Shown: one piece after another, positions 13,031 to 26,900 of the stretch
Layout of the letters: each line of letters starts with the position of its first letter
Position numbering within the stretch: position 1 is the stretch's first letter
Origin: Macrostomum lignano
Lineage: Eukaryota
DNA: 64,000 nt
Direction of reading: 5' to 3'
NCBI GenBank assembly: GCA_002269645.1
Contig: NIVC01003269.1
Coordinates: 43,892 to 107,891 of the forward strand
The notes under the pieces: generated by a model
What the model saw: only the letters and a program-made list of their open reading frames with translations
Told to the model about the DNA's origin: nothing
The model's database searches: none
Program-made: the position numbers and the translations under genes

Positions 13031-14734
13031 ATTGGTATTATCCGTATTTTGTGTGATCAAAACTGAGATTAGAGATATTGGGATATTTTTTTCGGGATTA
13101 CGCTCTTAATTGATTAAGTGCTCCAAAGACAAGTACGCTCGTATTAAAAAGTTTGTCATTTCTAGCACTTAACTGGAAATCATAAGAGTAAATATTCGCC
13201 CAGCGCAGTCAAAAGTGATGCAATATCCATGCAACGAAAGGAACCAGAGACGAGACAGTAACGCGTAATTCCCCATTGTCCCAAACCTATATGACACGCG
13301 TTAATGGACGAAATTTCCAAAATTCCGGTGGACAGCAAAAACAATTTCGGTGGCAGACGGACAGCCGCCAGCGCCGCAGCCCCCCCCCCGCACCCGCCTC
13401 AGGGCAATTCTCGCTCTGCTCAATATGTCGAACAATTATTATTTAAACCGTGCCGCTTTTTATCCGAATCTCGCACTGGGTCCGGGCCAATTAGCGGCAC
13501 CAGGTAATCGCGCTTTTCGAACGCTAAACACAGGCACTCTCCTCCCCGCTCTCTTTAATCCCAAAGTTGGACCGGCCGCTCGGCGGGGGGTGACGCGGCC
13601 GCGGGATTATGATAATGAGCACCTTCGAGTTCCGTCTCTCTCTCTCTCTGCTTTCCGAATATTGCGAAGCCCACTGCGCCGCAATGCGCTCCCCCCTGCT
13701 GAGAACCAAATGGATGATGATGATGATGCTGATGATGCTGAAACGAGATTGGGAGGAGCCAAGGGAGTGGGGGGGCAGTTCTGAAATCCAGCTGCCGCAC
13801 TGATGGCGGAGATCAGTCTCTCTCTCTTGAAAATCATAGAGATAAGAGAGGGCCGGCAGAGCAGTTCAATGATTTCCGACTCCTGCGTCAAAGGCTTGTG
13901 AGAGGCCTATGAGAGTGTACAACTGTACATGCCTGATGATGAGCACCTCCGGGCAATTCTGCCCATTCCGCTGACTTCTGAGCACATTATAAGCGCGCCA
14001 ATACTGTACGCAGTCAGGCAGCACTCATACGTCACACATGTACACTCGAAGCAGGGGTCGTGGCTCAAGAGTCAGTCTGCAATCTGCTACGGAAATTTTA
14101 GATTAAAAAAATACAACTACTACTACAACCAAATCCCAGCGATATACACGACAGTGTGACTTTTAGATTTATAGAGGCCTAGAAGAAGAATAGCCTGACA
14201 GATTTATAGATTTCCAGCGAGTGTATCAAGCTTCAAATGAAGAAAGGAATTCGAAGGAATCGAAGCGCCACTTGAAGCGTAAAAAGCGTTGCTGAATGCA
14301 GGCAATTATTTCATAAAAAAGACAGGCACGGGACTGCGGGGCAGGTGCGGTGGCCGGAACTTCAGCTTCCAGCTCAAGAGGCATCGCTGCCCCACCACAC
14401 CAACCCTTTCAAATTTCGTCGGCGACTTTTAGCTAGTTTAGCACAGTTCGCTAGCGAAAAAAGCGAGAAAAAACCTCAAGGAAGTGTAACAAATTAACCC
14501 AGCCTTTATTCTCGGGGGATGGGGCGTCTCAGCTTCCTTTCAGCGTGAGGGAGGCATATGGCGCGACAGATGATGATGAGCTCGGGGAAATTCCCTACAC
14601 TTAGGACTATAGAGAACATACAAAAGCGTGATACTCCAATTTTATTGAGCACACATTACTTGGGAGTAAAATTTTCAAAAATATTCAATGCTTCTACTGT
14701 ATGTCATCTGTATTATGCAGCTACCCCCTAGACC

Positions 14735-17222
14735 CCTGAAGTTGGCGCTAAAGTCTTGAGTACGGCGCTTTTTTGGCGCTAATATATTGGCTACGCCTTT
14801 AAGTTGGCGTTTAAATGTTGACTACGCCTTTAATTTGGCGCTTAAATGTTGACTATGGCGCTATTTTGGCGCTAAAATATTGGCTACGCCTTTAAGTCGG
14901 CGCCTAAATGTTGACTACGCCTTTAATTTGGCGCTTAAATGTTGACTATGGCGCTATTTTGGCGCTAATATATTGGCTACGCCTTTAAGTTGGCGTTTAA
15001 ATGTTGACTACGCCTTTAATTTGGCGCTTAAATGTTGACTATGGCGCTATTTTGGCGCTAAAATATTGGCTACGCCTTTAAGTCGGCGCCTAAATGTTGA
15101 CTACGCCTTTAATTTGGCGCTTAAATGTTGACTATGGCGCTATTTTGGCGCTAATATATTGGCTACGCCTTTAAGTTGGCGTTTAAATGTTGACTACGCC
15201 TTTAATTTGGCGCTTAAATGTTGACTATGGCGCTATTTTGGCGCTAAAATATTGGCTACGCCTTTAAGTCGGCGCCTAAATGTTGACTACGCCTTTAATT
15301 TGGCGCTTAAATGTTGACTATGGCGCTATTTTGGCGCTAATATATTGGCTACGCCTTTAAGTTGGCGTTTAAATGTTGACTACGCCTTTAATTTGGCGCT
15401 TAAATGTTGACTATGGCGCTATTTTGGCGCTAAAATATTGGCTACGCCTTTAAGTCGGCGCCTAAATGTTGACTACGCCTTTAATTTGGCGCTTAAATGT
15501 TGACTATGGCGCTATTTTGGCGCTAAAATATTGGCTACGCCTTTAAGTTGGCGTTTAAATGTTGACTACGCCTTTAATTTGGCGCTTAAATGTTGACTAT
15601 GGCGCTATTTTGGCGCTAAAATATTGGCTACGCCTTTAAGTCGGCGCCTAAATGTTGACTACGCCTTTAATTTGGCGCTTAAATGTTGACTATGGCGCTA
15701 TTTTGGCGCTAATATATTGGCTACGCCTTTAAGTTGGCGTTTAAATGTTGACTACGCCTTTAATTTGGCGCTTAAATGTTGACTGTGGCGCTATTTTGGC
15801 GCTAAAATATTGTCTACGCCTTTAAGTCGGCGCCTAAATGTTGACTACGCCTTTAATTTGGCGCTTAAATGTTGACTATGGCGCTATTTTGGCGCTAATA
15901 TATTGGCTACGCCTTTAAGTTGGCGTTTAAATGTTGACTACGCCTTTAATTTGGCGCTTAAATGTTGACTATGGCGCTATTTTGGCGCTAAAATATTGGC
16001 TACGCCTTTAAGTCGGCGCCTAAATGTTGACTACGCCTTTAATTTGGCGCTTAAATGTTGACTATGGCGCTATTTTGGCGCTAATATATTGGCTACGCCT
16101 TTAAGTTGGCGTTTAAATGTTGACTACGCCTTTAATTTGGCGCTTAAATGTTGACTATGGCGCTATTTTGGCGCTAAAATATTGACTACGCCTTTAAGTC
16201 GGCGCCTAAATGTTGACTACGCCTTTAATTTGGCGCTTAAATGTTGACTATGGCGCTATTTTGGCGCTAATATATTGGCTACGCCTTTAAGTTGGCGTTT
16301 AAATGTTGACTACGCCTTTAATTTGGCGCTTAAATGTTGACTATGGCGCTATTTTGGCGCTAAAATATTGGCTACGCCTTTAAGTCGGCGCCTAAATGTT
16401 GACTACGCCTTTAATTTGGCGCTTAAATGTTGACTATGGCGCTATTTTGGCGCTAAAATATTGGCTACGCCTTTAAGTCGGCGCCTAAATGTTGACTACG
16501 CCTTTAATTTGGCGCTTAAATGTTGACTATGGCGCTATTTTGGCGCTAATATATTGGCTACGCCTTTAAGTTGGCGTTTAAATGTTGACTACGCCTTTAA
16601 TTTGGCGCTTAAATGTTGACTATGGCGCTATTTTGGCGCTAAAATATTGGCTACGCCTTTAAGTCGGCGCCTAAATGTTGACTACGCCTTTAATTTGGCG
16701 CTTAAATGTTGACTATGGCGCTATTTTGGCGCTAATATATTGGCTACGCCTTTAAGTTGGCGTTTAAATGTTGACTACGCCTTTAATTTGGCGCTTAAAT
16801 GTTGACTATGGCGCTATTTTGGCGCTAAAATATTGGCTACGCCTTTAAGTCGGCGCCTAAATGTTGACTACGCCTTTAATTTGGCGCTTAAATGTTGACT
16901 ATGGCGCTATTTTGGCGCTAATATATTGGCTACGCCTTTAAGTTGGCGTTTAAATGTTGACTACGCCTTTAATTTGGCGCTTAAATGTTGACTATGGCGC
17001 TATTTTGGCGCTAAAATATTGACTACGCCTTTAAGTTGGCGCCTAAATGTTGACTATGGCGCTATTTTGGCGCTAAAATATTGACTACGCCTTTAAGTCG
17101 GCGCCTAAATGTTGACTATGGCGCTATTTTGGCGCTAAAATATTGGCTACGCCTTTAAGTCGGCGCCTAAATGTTGACTATGGCGCTGTTTTGGCGCTAA
17201 AATATTGACTATGGCGCTATTT
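14735..17222. repeat. 93-bp satellite (3 x ~31-bp subunits) with alternating A/B variants forming a 186-bp higher-order repeat
   Basis: Unit starts at 14857, 14950 and 15043 (period 93). Variants ctaaaatat/gtcggcgcct and ctaatatat/gttggcgttt mostly alternate. Confidence 0.93.
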
Positions 17223-17442
17223 CAACTCATGGTTCGTGGGCTCACTCGTTAATTGATGCCGGACTCTGAACAAAACTTGACACGCGTTTAGTCGGCAACG
17301 AATGATAGCACACACAAAAAAAGAACTCGTATTGAAATATATTTTTATACAAAATTTGTTTAAAAAACACTGATAATCCACATTATGGTGCAACTCTAAT
17401 CAAAAATCGTAGTGCTTGCTATCAACTTAATAACTATAAATA

Positions 17443-18020
17443 TACCTTTTAGCGATCTAGTTTGCCAAAACTGCAATCAATTTTGCCCGCGGAAAAATAT
17501 CACTTTATAATTTTGCTGTCTAGGCCAAGTCTGCTGAGTCATGACCAGAGTTTCAGCCACAGATAACTCTTTGAAAACTGCAACCAATTTTGCTAAAACT
17601 GCCACCTAGTTTGCCCATAGCAAGCCAAGAATTTTTATTGAGAATCAATTCGGAAGTGTGACGAAATAAACTGTAACAGTGAACAATAAACAGCGAGTTT
17701 ATAATGGTAAACGTAGGCACAAATGCTCTCAATCATAGCATTGTTAAGGGGTGCCTCCGCTTGGCACCTCCGCGAGGCAGAGGCTCTATACTATACTATG
17801 TAAGTCACGGTTCTTCATGTGATGCCCAACAGCCTACCGAAATCTTGCCAGTCCTCTCCATCCTGATATGCTTGAATCAATCGCTGCCGGTCCTTTGCTG
17901 AAATCCTGTTATAAGGTCCACGCTGGGCCATTCTTTGATCTTGATATAAATGTTTGTGGTGTTTTCTTTGCTATGGGCAAACTAGGTGGCAGTTTTGGCA
18001 AACTAGATCGCAAAAAGGTA
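17443..18020. mobile_element. MITE with ~34-bp terminal inverted repeats in TA context
   Basis: Left tataccttttagcgatctagtttgccaaaactgc vs right gcagttttggcaaactagatcgcaaaaaggtata (1 mismatch). An internal copy of aaaactgccacctagtttgcccatagcaa is also inverted relative to the right end. Confidence 0.75.
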
Positions 18021-18711
18021 TAATATAATTAGCTGTTAAACAACACAGCTGAGACCAATACTTATTAATCAATTAGAAATATGATGTCACATTAGAGAAA
18101 CTAACAACCAATATTAAACACCCATAAATTATAGATATAATTATACTCAGAGTACACACAGGCACAAAGTTAAAACTGCTTCACTCCATTCTTTGGATAC
18201 TGAACTATTGTCCGTATGTGTGCACCTTTACTGGGTAGCTTGAGAAAAGACTAATATAAAAAACACAATTGACATGTCACTAATTGACATGACATCATAC
18301 ACAAAAAACTACAAACCAAGATATGACTGTCAACCGTAGGCTATTTAAACAACGAATTCCTAGTATACAAGAGAAAAAAAGCCCAGAAAACGCGCATCGC
18401 ACTACTGGCAGCGGAGGCGTACGAATGCTACACGATTATAATCAATATGACAGGATGCAATGGCCCATGATGCGGGTGTCTGTACACAACTGCCAATTTG
18501 AAAGCCGGGTCAGCAATGAATTATTTGGACAACTCAAAATTGTATAAATTGAACTCAATTTTTCTAGGCTCAGGAAATTGGGCAAGACAAAATATTCGCA
18601 CAGATTAAACAGCTTGTCTGTGCGGCAATGAAGAACGGCTGAGATCAGAGCGCAAAGTACTTTGGGGCTGGGACTGAGGTAGGCTGAGGGGATGAAACCT
18701 CCAGTACCTTG

Positions 18712-19440
18712 ACCAACAGACTGATCACCTGACCTGAGTGACCAACAGACTGATCACCTGACCTGAGTGACCAACTGACTGATCACCTGACCTGAGTGAC
18801 CAACTGACTGATCACCTGGCCTGAGTGACCAACTGACTGATCACCTGACCTGAGTGACCAACTGACTGATCACCTGAGTGACCAATTGACTGACTGATCA
18901 CCTGAGTGACCAACTGATTGATCACCTGACCTGAGTGACCAACTGACTGATCACCTGAGTGACCAATTGACTGACTGATCACCTGAGTGACCAACTGATT
19001 GATCACCTGACCTGAGTGACCAACTGACTGATCACCTGGCCTGAGTGACCAACTGACTGATCACCTGACCTGAGTGACCAACTGACTGATCACCTGACCT
19101 GAGTGACCAACTGATTGATCACCTGAGTGACCAATTGACTGACTGATCACCTGAGTGACCAACTGATTGATCACCTGACCTGAGTGACCAACTGACTGAT
19201 CACCTGACCTGAGTGACCAACTGACTGATCACCTGAGTGACCAATTGACTGACTGATTACCTGAGTGACCAACTGATTGATCACCTGAGTGACCAACTGA
19301 TTGATCACCTGAGTGACCAACTGACTGATCACCTGGGTGACCAACTGACTGACTGATCACCTGAGTGACCAACTGATTGATCACCTGAGTGACCAACTGA
19401 TTGATCACCTGAGTGACCAACTGACTGATCACCTGGGTGA
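18712..19440. repeat. ~25-29-bp minisatellite (ctgatcacctgacctgagtgaccaactga)n
   Basis: About 25 copies containing the palindrome TGATCA. Confidence 0.92.
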
Positions 19441-19838
19441 CTTGGATTTAGCACCCGTTGAATAAACAGCCTGTTGCAACCGATAGTGCGGGGTGAGTGA
19501 CCAAGGGCAATATAATGAGCGACAGACTACTAACGTACGAGTATATGAGGAAAAATATGAAAAAACACAAAATGGTGATACGACAAAATGCTAAAGGTGT
19601 TGCAAAACTCTAAGCTAAACGTGCATTCACAAAACGCGTTCTAATTACATAGCTATAACAGTATGAAAGAGCAAGCTTTAGCAAGAATACACGCTCATAT
19701 ATGAATACTTTGTATCAATCTTAGCCAACTAATAACAAAGCGCGCCTTATGTAAAAGGTCGATACGAGTATTTTAATATTTAACTAAAATAAGGAAACAG
19801 TTGATTGTATATAGGATTTTACTGAAATATAAATTTAA

Positions 19839-20487
19839 CTGACAGTGTCACACTACTCACTCTGATCTAGCTGACAGTGTCATACTACTCACTCTGATCT
19901 AGCTGACAGTGTCACACTACTCACTCTGATCTAGCTGACAGTGTCACACTACTCACTCTGATCTAGCTGACAGTGTCATACTACTCACTCTGATCTAGCT
20001 GACAGTGTCACACTACTCACTCTGATCTAGCTGACAGTGTCACACTACTCACTCTGATCTAGCTGACAGTGTCACACTACTCACTCTGATCTAGCTGACA
20101 GTGTCATACTACTCACTCTGATCTAGCTGACAGTGTCACACTACTCACTCTGATCTAGCTGACAGTGTCACACTACTCACTCTGATCTAGCTGACAGTGT
20201 CACACTACTCACTCTGATCTAGCTGACAGTGTCACACTACTCACTCTGATCTAGCTGACAGTGTCACACTACTCACTCTGATCTAGCTGACAGTGTCACA
20301 CTACTCACTCTGATCTAGCTGACAGTGTCACACTACTCAATCTGATCTAGCTGACATTGTCACACTACTCACTCTGATCTAGCTGACAGTGTCACACTAC
20401 TCACTCTGATCTAGCTGACAGTGTCACACTACTCACTCTGATCTAGCTGACAGTGTCACACTACTCACTCTGATCTAGCTGACAGTG
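19839..20487. repeat. 32-bp minisatellite (ctgacagtgtcacactactcactctgatctag)n
   Basis: About 20 nearly identical copies, period 32. Confidence 0.95.
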
Positions 20488-20980
20488 CTACAATTACTTG
20501 CTAAATGACATTGATTTGAATTCTACCAGATAAACATTGCCGATTAACAGAAATAGAAAAAGTCAATCAGTGCGACAAAGAAACGCCAAAAACATCCTAC
20601 CCTATCGCAAGCACAACTCAAACACACACACACACTACACTACTGAAACAAAAAAGTAGTCAAAGTGCGCGATAAATAGACGAAAAAGTTTCTATAATTA
20701 ATAATAACTACGAAATACCGACTGACTCTCAAATACGGTCACTAATTTACCTACTCAAGTAGGTTGAGCAGGATGCATAATATGGTGAAATAAAAAAGGA
20801 ACTTTTAAAAGAGAAATCTAATTGCTTACAAACAGAATCCGGATTATACTCAACAGTGAGGAGCTATGGGGGAAATAAATAGTAAAAAAGTGAAAAAATG
20901 ACAAAATACATGAAAAAAGAGCACAAACTCCTTACTGATCTCTGCTCAAGAACTGTGCGTAAATCTCAATAAAAATTGAT

Positions 20981-23900
20981 TTATTCAGAAGCAGCATGTG
21001 CAGACAGCTGCGCCAGCAGGTAAGCAAACAGGCTGGTCTCAACCCGCTCTAATCGCTCCTGCTCCTTCAGAGCCACCTGGCTGTAGGCCTGGACTTGCTG
21101 CCAAAGTCGGCCCACGGACCAGGCTTGAGTCTGCAGCTGGTTGCTGAGTTCGTCGAACTGGGGGATGGGGATCGAGGAAGGGGGAAGAGGCAGACAGTGA
21201 GCCGCATGAAAATGGACAGAATTTTCTTTTATTAGTACTGGGATGATGGGACAATTAGAAATTGAGTTTTCCAACATTCAGTGGAATGGAATTCCCCTAG
21301 CTTAGAAACAGGATTTCCCATGCTTAGAAACGCGATTTCCAATTCTTAGAAACGGGATTTCCCATGCTTAGAAATGCGATTTCTCAAGCTTAGAAATGGG
21401 ATTTCCCATGCTTAAAAACTGGATTTCCCATGCTTAGAAATGTGATTTCTCAAGCTTAGAAATGGGATTTCCCATGCTTAAAAACTGGATTTCCCATGCT
21501 TAGAAACTGGATTTCCCATGCTTAGAAACAGGATTTCCCATGCTTAGAAACGGGATTTCACATGCTTAGAAACGGGATTTCCCATGCTTAGAAACGGGAT
21601 TTCCCATGCTTAGAAATGCGATTTCCCATGTTTAGAAACGGGATTTCCCATGCTTAGAAATGTGATTTCTCAAGCTTAGAAATGGGATTTCCCACGATTA
21701 GAAACAGATTTCCCTTGCTTAGAAACAGGATTTCTCATACTTATAGACGGGATTTTCTATGGCTAGAAACAGGGTTTTCCATGTTTAGAAACGGGATTTC
21801 TATTTCTTGTAAAAGGGATTTCCTTAGAAATAGGGTTTCCTGCGTTTAGGAACGAGATTTCCGATGCTTAAAAACGCGATTTCTTACGTTTAGAAACTGG
21901 ATTTCTCACATTAAGGAAGATATTTTAGGAACAGGACTTTCGTCGTTTAGAACGAGATTTTAGAACGAGAACCATGTTTAGAAGCGGGATTTCCGTATCG
22001 GGATTTTCAATGTTAAAGAACAAGATTTCCAGTATTGGGATCGGGGCTCCCCTTTTTGATACATGAAAACTCATATTTACGAGGTATAAATACATAAGAT
22101 TTCGATAACAAGATGTAACACACACCTGTCCCATCCGGGAATTGCCCAGCGAATGGTACTGATAGACCGGCAGCTGATTTAGCGAAGCCGCCATCCACTG
22201 CAGCAGCGATTTTAGCTGGGGGTCGCCGCCGCTTGAATCGCAGCCCCAGTTGCCGGTGGCAACGCCGCGAGGTACAAGCGAAGCAAGTTCATGGCACTGG
22301 AATGAAGCAGTGGGTAAAAAACTCAATGAGCACAGCGGGTAGAGAAGCCATTGGTCGAGAACTCAATGAGCACAGCGGGTAGAGAAGCCATTGGTAGAGA
22401 AGTCAATGAGCACAGTGGGTAGAGAAGCCATTGGTAGAGAACTCAATGAGCACAGTGGGTAGAGAAGCCATTGGTAGAGAACTCAATGAGCACAGTGGGT
22501 AGAGAAGCCATTGGTAGAGAACTCAATGAGCACAGTGGGTAGAGAAGCCATTGGTAGAGAACTCAATGAGCACAGTGGGTAGAGAAGCCATTGGTAGAGA
22601 ACTCAATGAGCACAGTGGGTAGAGAAGCCATTGGTAGAGAACTCAATGAGCACAGCACAATCCAGCCAGAAACTCACGTGCAACGAGTCGCTGTAGGTCC
22701 GGGCCGCCTCCGGCACAGCCTGCGCCACAATCCGGTGGGCCATCCGACTGGCCAGACCGTCGACAGCGTCAACAAAGGCCAGCTCGGCCTGCTGGTCGGC
22801 ATCGCTCAGCTGCTGCCGATGCCGGCGCTGGCAGCAGGCCTGGCTGGGGCACAGGGCCCGATGGCGCAGCACCAGCAAAGCGGAGGCCACGGCCCGATCG
22901 GCCACCCGGCCAGCCAGCCAGTGCAGCCTCGGCTCCGCCAGATTGCCGCAGGCGTCGACGCTGAACAGCTGCTGCTGGCGCTGGTCGCCGCTAGGCAGAT
23001 AAGCTCTGGCAGTCGAAGACAAACTAGATTGGTGCTTCGGCTTCTTTTTCTTTGTTCGATTATTTCTCTTGGTCTTCTCAGCGGCGGCGTTGGCGGCCAG
23101 AGCGGCTGCGGCCTCCAGCATAGCCTGGCGAAGCAGCGAGTCTAAGAGGGCGGCCGCCGCTGTCGCCGTAGCTGCTTCTCTGCGTCGTCGACAATCGTCA
23201 ATGAAGACAAGCGGCGGCGAGGCCGCAGGCGAACTGTCGCGCCTAGCCGATAGTCGGCGACGCCTACGACGACGCTGTTCGCCGTTGCTAGGCGGCCGAC
23301 GCAGCGGCGAGCTGTTGCGCCTGCGCTGAAGCATGGTGGACAGCTTGCTGCTGCCCAGGCCGACGTCCGCGACAGGCTTTGCCGGTTCGACTTTGTTGTT
23401 GCCGCTGCTGTTCCCAACGCCGTTGCTACCCGGCTGCTCCTGGCTGTGATAGTCGCCGCCATTCCCAGCCGTCGCCACATCCGCCTCGATGATGGCCTCC
23501 TCGGCGATGGTCCTGCGGCCGCCCTGCTGCAGGAATTCTTCCAGTTCGGACGCGTTCACCTGGCTGGAGTTACGGGAGCTGCTCCGACGCGAGGCGGACG
23601 ACGACGAAGACGAATGACTGCCGCGCTGCTGCTGCCAGGAGGGCGTCGAGGACGACGCCGATGAGGCGGCGCCGCTGCTGCGCCTACGATTAGTCCAGTC
23701 GATGACGACAGCCCCGGAAGTTGATGCGGAGGCCGAGGCGGGGGTTCGAGGATGATGATGAGGAGGCTGGGGCTGAGCTTGAGTAGGAGGCCGCCGATGA
23801 GGATGAGGCGAGGGGGCGGCGGCCAGCTCCAGCATGGACAGGGGGCCCTGGTCCGCTGGCTGCGGCGCCTGCTTGGGGATCTAGAAAAATACGAATTGTA

Positions 23901-26900
23901 TGGGAAATATTGTGAGTAGGGGATCTTTTTTGAAACAGAAAATTGAAAGGGGGCATCATAATAGAAAGGCAGAATGGAGAACAGATTAAGACGGGACTCA
24001 AACCAGTCCCCGAAAAAAGAGAACAGATTAAGACGGGACTCAAACCAGTCCCCGAAAATAGAGAACAGATTAAGACGGGACTCAAACCAGTCCCGAAAAT
24101 AGAGAACAGATTAAGACGGGACTCAAACCAGTCCCGAAAATAGAGAACAGCAAGGATGAGACGGGACTTAAACCAGTCTCGAAAATAGAGAACAGCAAGG
24201 ATGAGACGGGACTTAAACCAGTCTCGAAAATAGAGAACAGCAAGGATGAGACGGGACTTAAACCAGTCTCGAAAATAGAGAACAGCAAGGATGAGACGGG
24301 ACTCAAACCAGTCTCGAAAATAGAGAACAGAATGAGACGGGACTCAAACCAGTCTCGAAAATAGAGAACAGCAAGGATGAGACGGGACTCAAACCAGTCT
24401 CGAAAATAGAGAACAGAATGAGACGGGACTCAAACCAGTCTCGAAAATAGAGAACTGGACGGATGAGACGGGACTCAAAGAGAAATATCCTAAAAATGCA
24501 ACACAGGAAAAAAGCCACTCACATGAGCGAAGCTCTGCCTGAATCCTACAAAAGCCTTGTTAAGTTCTCGCATCAAATTGCATTCGTAGTATTGCTCGTG
24601 CTGGCACCAGATGAACGGCAGAGCGTCCATGCACACGAGGCAGCGGTCAAAAGGAGGCAAAGACATTTCTGACAAGCGCCCGCTGAATCTGAAGCCCACG
24701 CCCGAGCCGGTGTAGGAGCTGAATGGCTCGTAGCCGAATACGAATACAGATTCGTTGCTCTCCATGGCCTCCATGAACAGCTGCGTTACCAGCAGCTCGG
24801 GGTGAACGCAGAAGTTCACTTCCTCCTGACAATGAGTTGCAGTTTGTTAATATATTAATTTTTGCAATCTGGGAATGTGGCGATGGCCTAGCAACTGAGG
24901 ATCTGGGAAAGTGGCAGTGGCCCAGCAACTGAGGATCTGGGAAATCGGCAGTGGCCTAGCAACTGAGGATCTGGGAAATCGGCAGTGGCCCAGCAACTGA
25001 GGATCTGGGAAATCGGCAGTGGCCTAGCAACTGAGGATCTGGGAAATCGGCAGTGGCCTAGCAACTGAGGATCTGGGAAAGTGGCAGTGGCCTAGCAACT
25101 GAGGATCTGGGAAAGTGGCAGTGGCCCAGCAACTGAGGATCTGGGAAAGTGGCAGTGCCTAACAACTGAGGATCTGGGAAAGTGGCAGTGGCCTAGCAAC
25201 TGAGGATCTGGGAAAGTGGCAGTGCCTAACAACTGAGGATCTGGGAAAGTGGCAGTGGCCTAGCAACTGAGGATCTGGGAAATCGGCAGTGGCCCAGCAA
25301 CTGAGGATCTGGGAAAGTGGCAGTGCCTAACAACTGAGGATCTGGGAAAGTGGCAGTGGCCTAGCAACTGAGGATCTGGGAAAGTGGCAGTGGCCCAGCA
25401 ACTGAGGATCTGGGAAAGTGGCAGTGGCCTAGCAACTGAGGATCTGGGAGTATGGACCAGCAACTGAGGATCTGGGAGGATGGACCAGCAACTGAGGATC
25501 TGGGAGGATGGACCAGCAACTGAGGATCTGGGAGGATGGACCAGCAACTGAGGATCTGGGAGGCTGGCCCAGCAACTGAGGATCTCGGAGGCTGGCTTTG
25601 GCCCAGCAACTGAGGGTCTGGGAGGCTGGCCCAGCAACTGAGGGTCTGGGAGGATGGACCAGCAACTTGAGGGTCTGGGAGGCTGGCCCAGCAACTTGAG
25701 GGTCTGAGAGGCTGGCCCAGCAACAAAATTTGGAGGACCTGGCATACCTGGGCCACCCCAGTCCGCAGAGTGCTGCCCCCGAGCAGGCAACTGCTGAAGT
25801 TGACGTGCAGCAGCGCGGTGTCCGCCTGATCGATTGGCGCATCGGTGTCAAGCAGCACCGGGCACAGGGGCTGGGAGCTGGAGGCCAGGTAATCCGAGCC
25901 TAGCAGCAGCCCCGGTTCCAGCACGGATCGAACAATGAGCAGCTTTTCATCGTCAGTTTCAAGTTGGCTGGCAACAGTGGACCGACGCTGGAGTTCCTCG
26001 AAGTAGGCCAGGATGCAGCGAAGCTTCTCGGCTTGGTAGCTGGAGCTGCAGCGGGATTGAGGGGCGGTGGGGATGCGTTGCTCAAGCTTTATGATTTATG
26101 ATTTGTGCAGCACTAATGACCTTCGTGAAACACTGCTCACACACTAATGACCTTCGTGAAACACTGCTCACACACTAATGACCATTGTGAAACACTGCTC
26201 ACACACTAATGACCTTCGTGAAACACTGCTCACACACTAATGACCATTGTGAAACACTGCTCACACACTAATGACCTTCGTGAAACACTGCTCACACACT
26301 AATAACCTTCGTGAAACACTGCTCACACACTAATGACCATTGTGAAACACTGCTCACACACTAATGACCATTGTGAAACACTGCTCACACACTAATGACC
26401 TCAGTGAAACACTGCTCACACACTAATGACCTTTGTGAAACACTGCTCACACACTAATGACCATTGTGAAACACTGCTCACACACTAATGACCATTGTGA
26501 AACACTGCTCACACACTAATGACCATTGTGAAACACTGCTCACACACTAATGACCATTGTGAAACACTGCTCACACACTAATGACCATTGTGAAACACTG
26601 CTCACACACTAATGACCATTGTGAAACACTGCTCACACACTAATGACCATTGTGAAACACTGCTCACACACTAATGACCATTGTGAAACACTGCTCATAC
26701 AAAAGTAACACCCAGCAACTCACGTGGACAGGATGCCGGCAAAGAATGGTGCAAAACTATTGTCGGACATGGAATCCAACAGTTCAGGCGGATGCGGCGG
26801 CATCAAACAGAGGAAAGCGGACGCAATTAGAGATGAGATAAAACTTCGGCTAAGCAGGACGGCAACGGCTGCGGGGAGAGGATTAAAGGCAGTATTAGAT

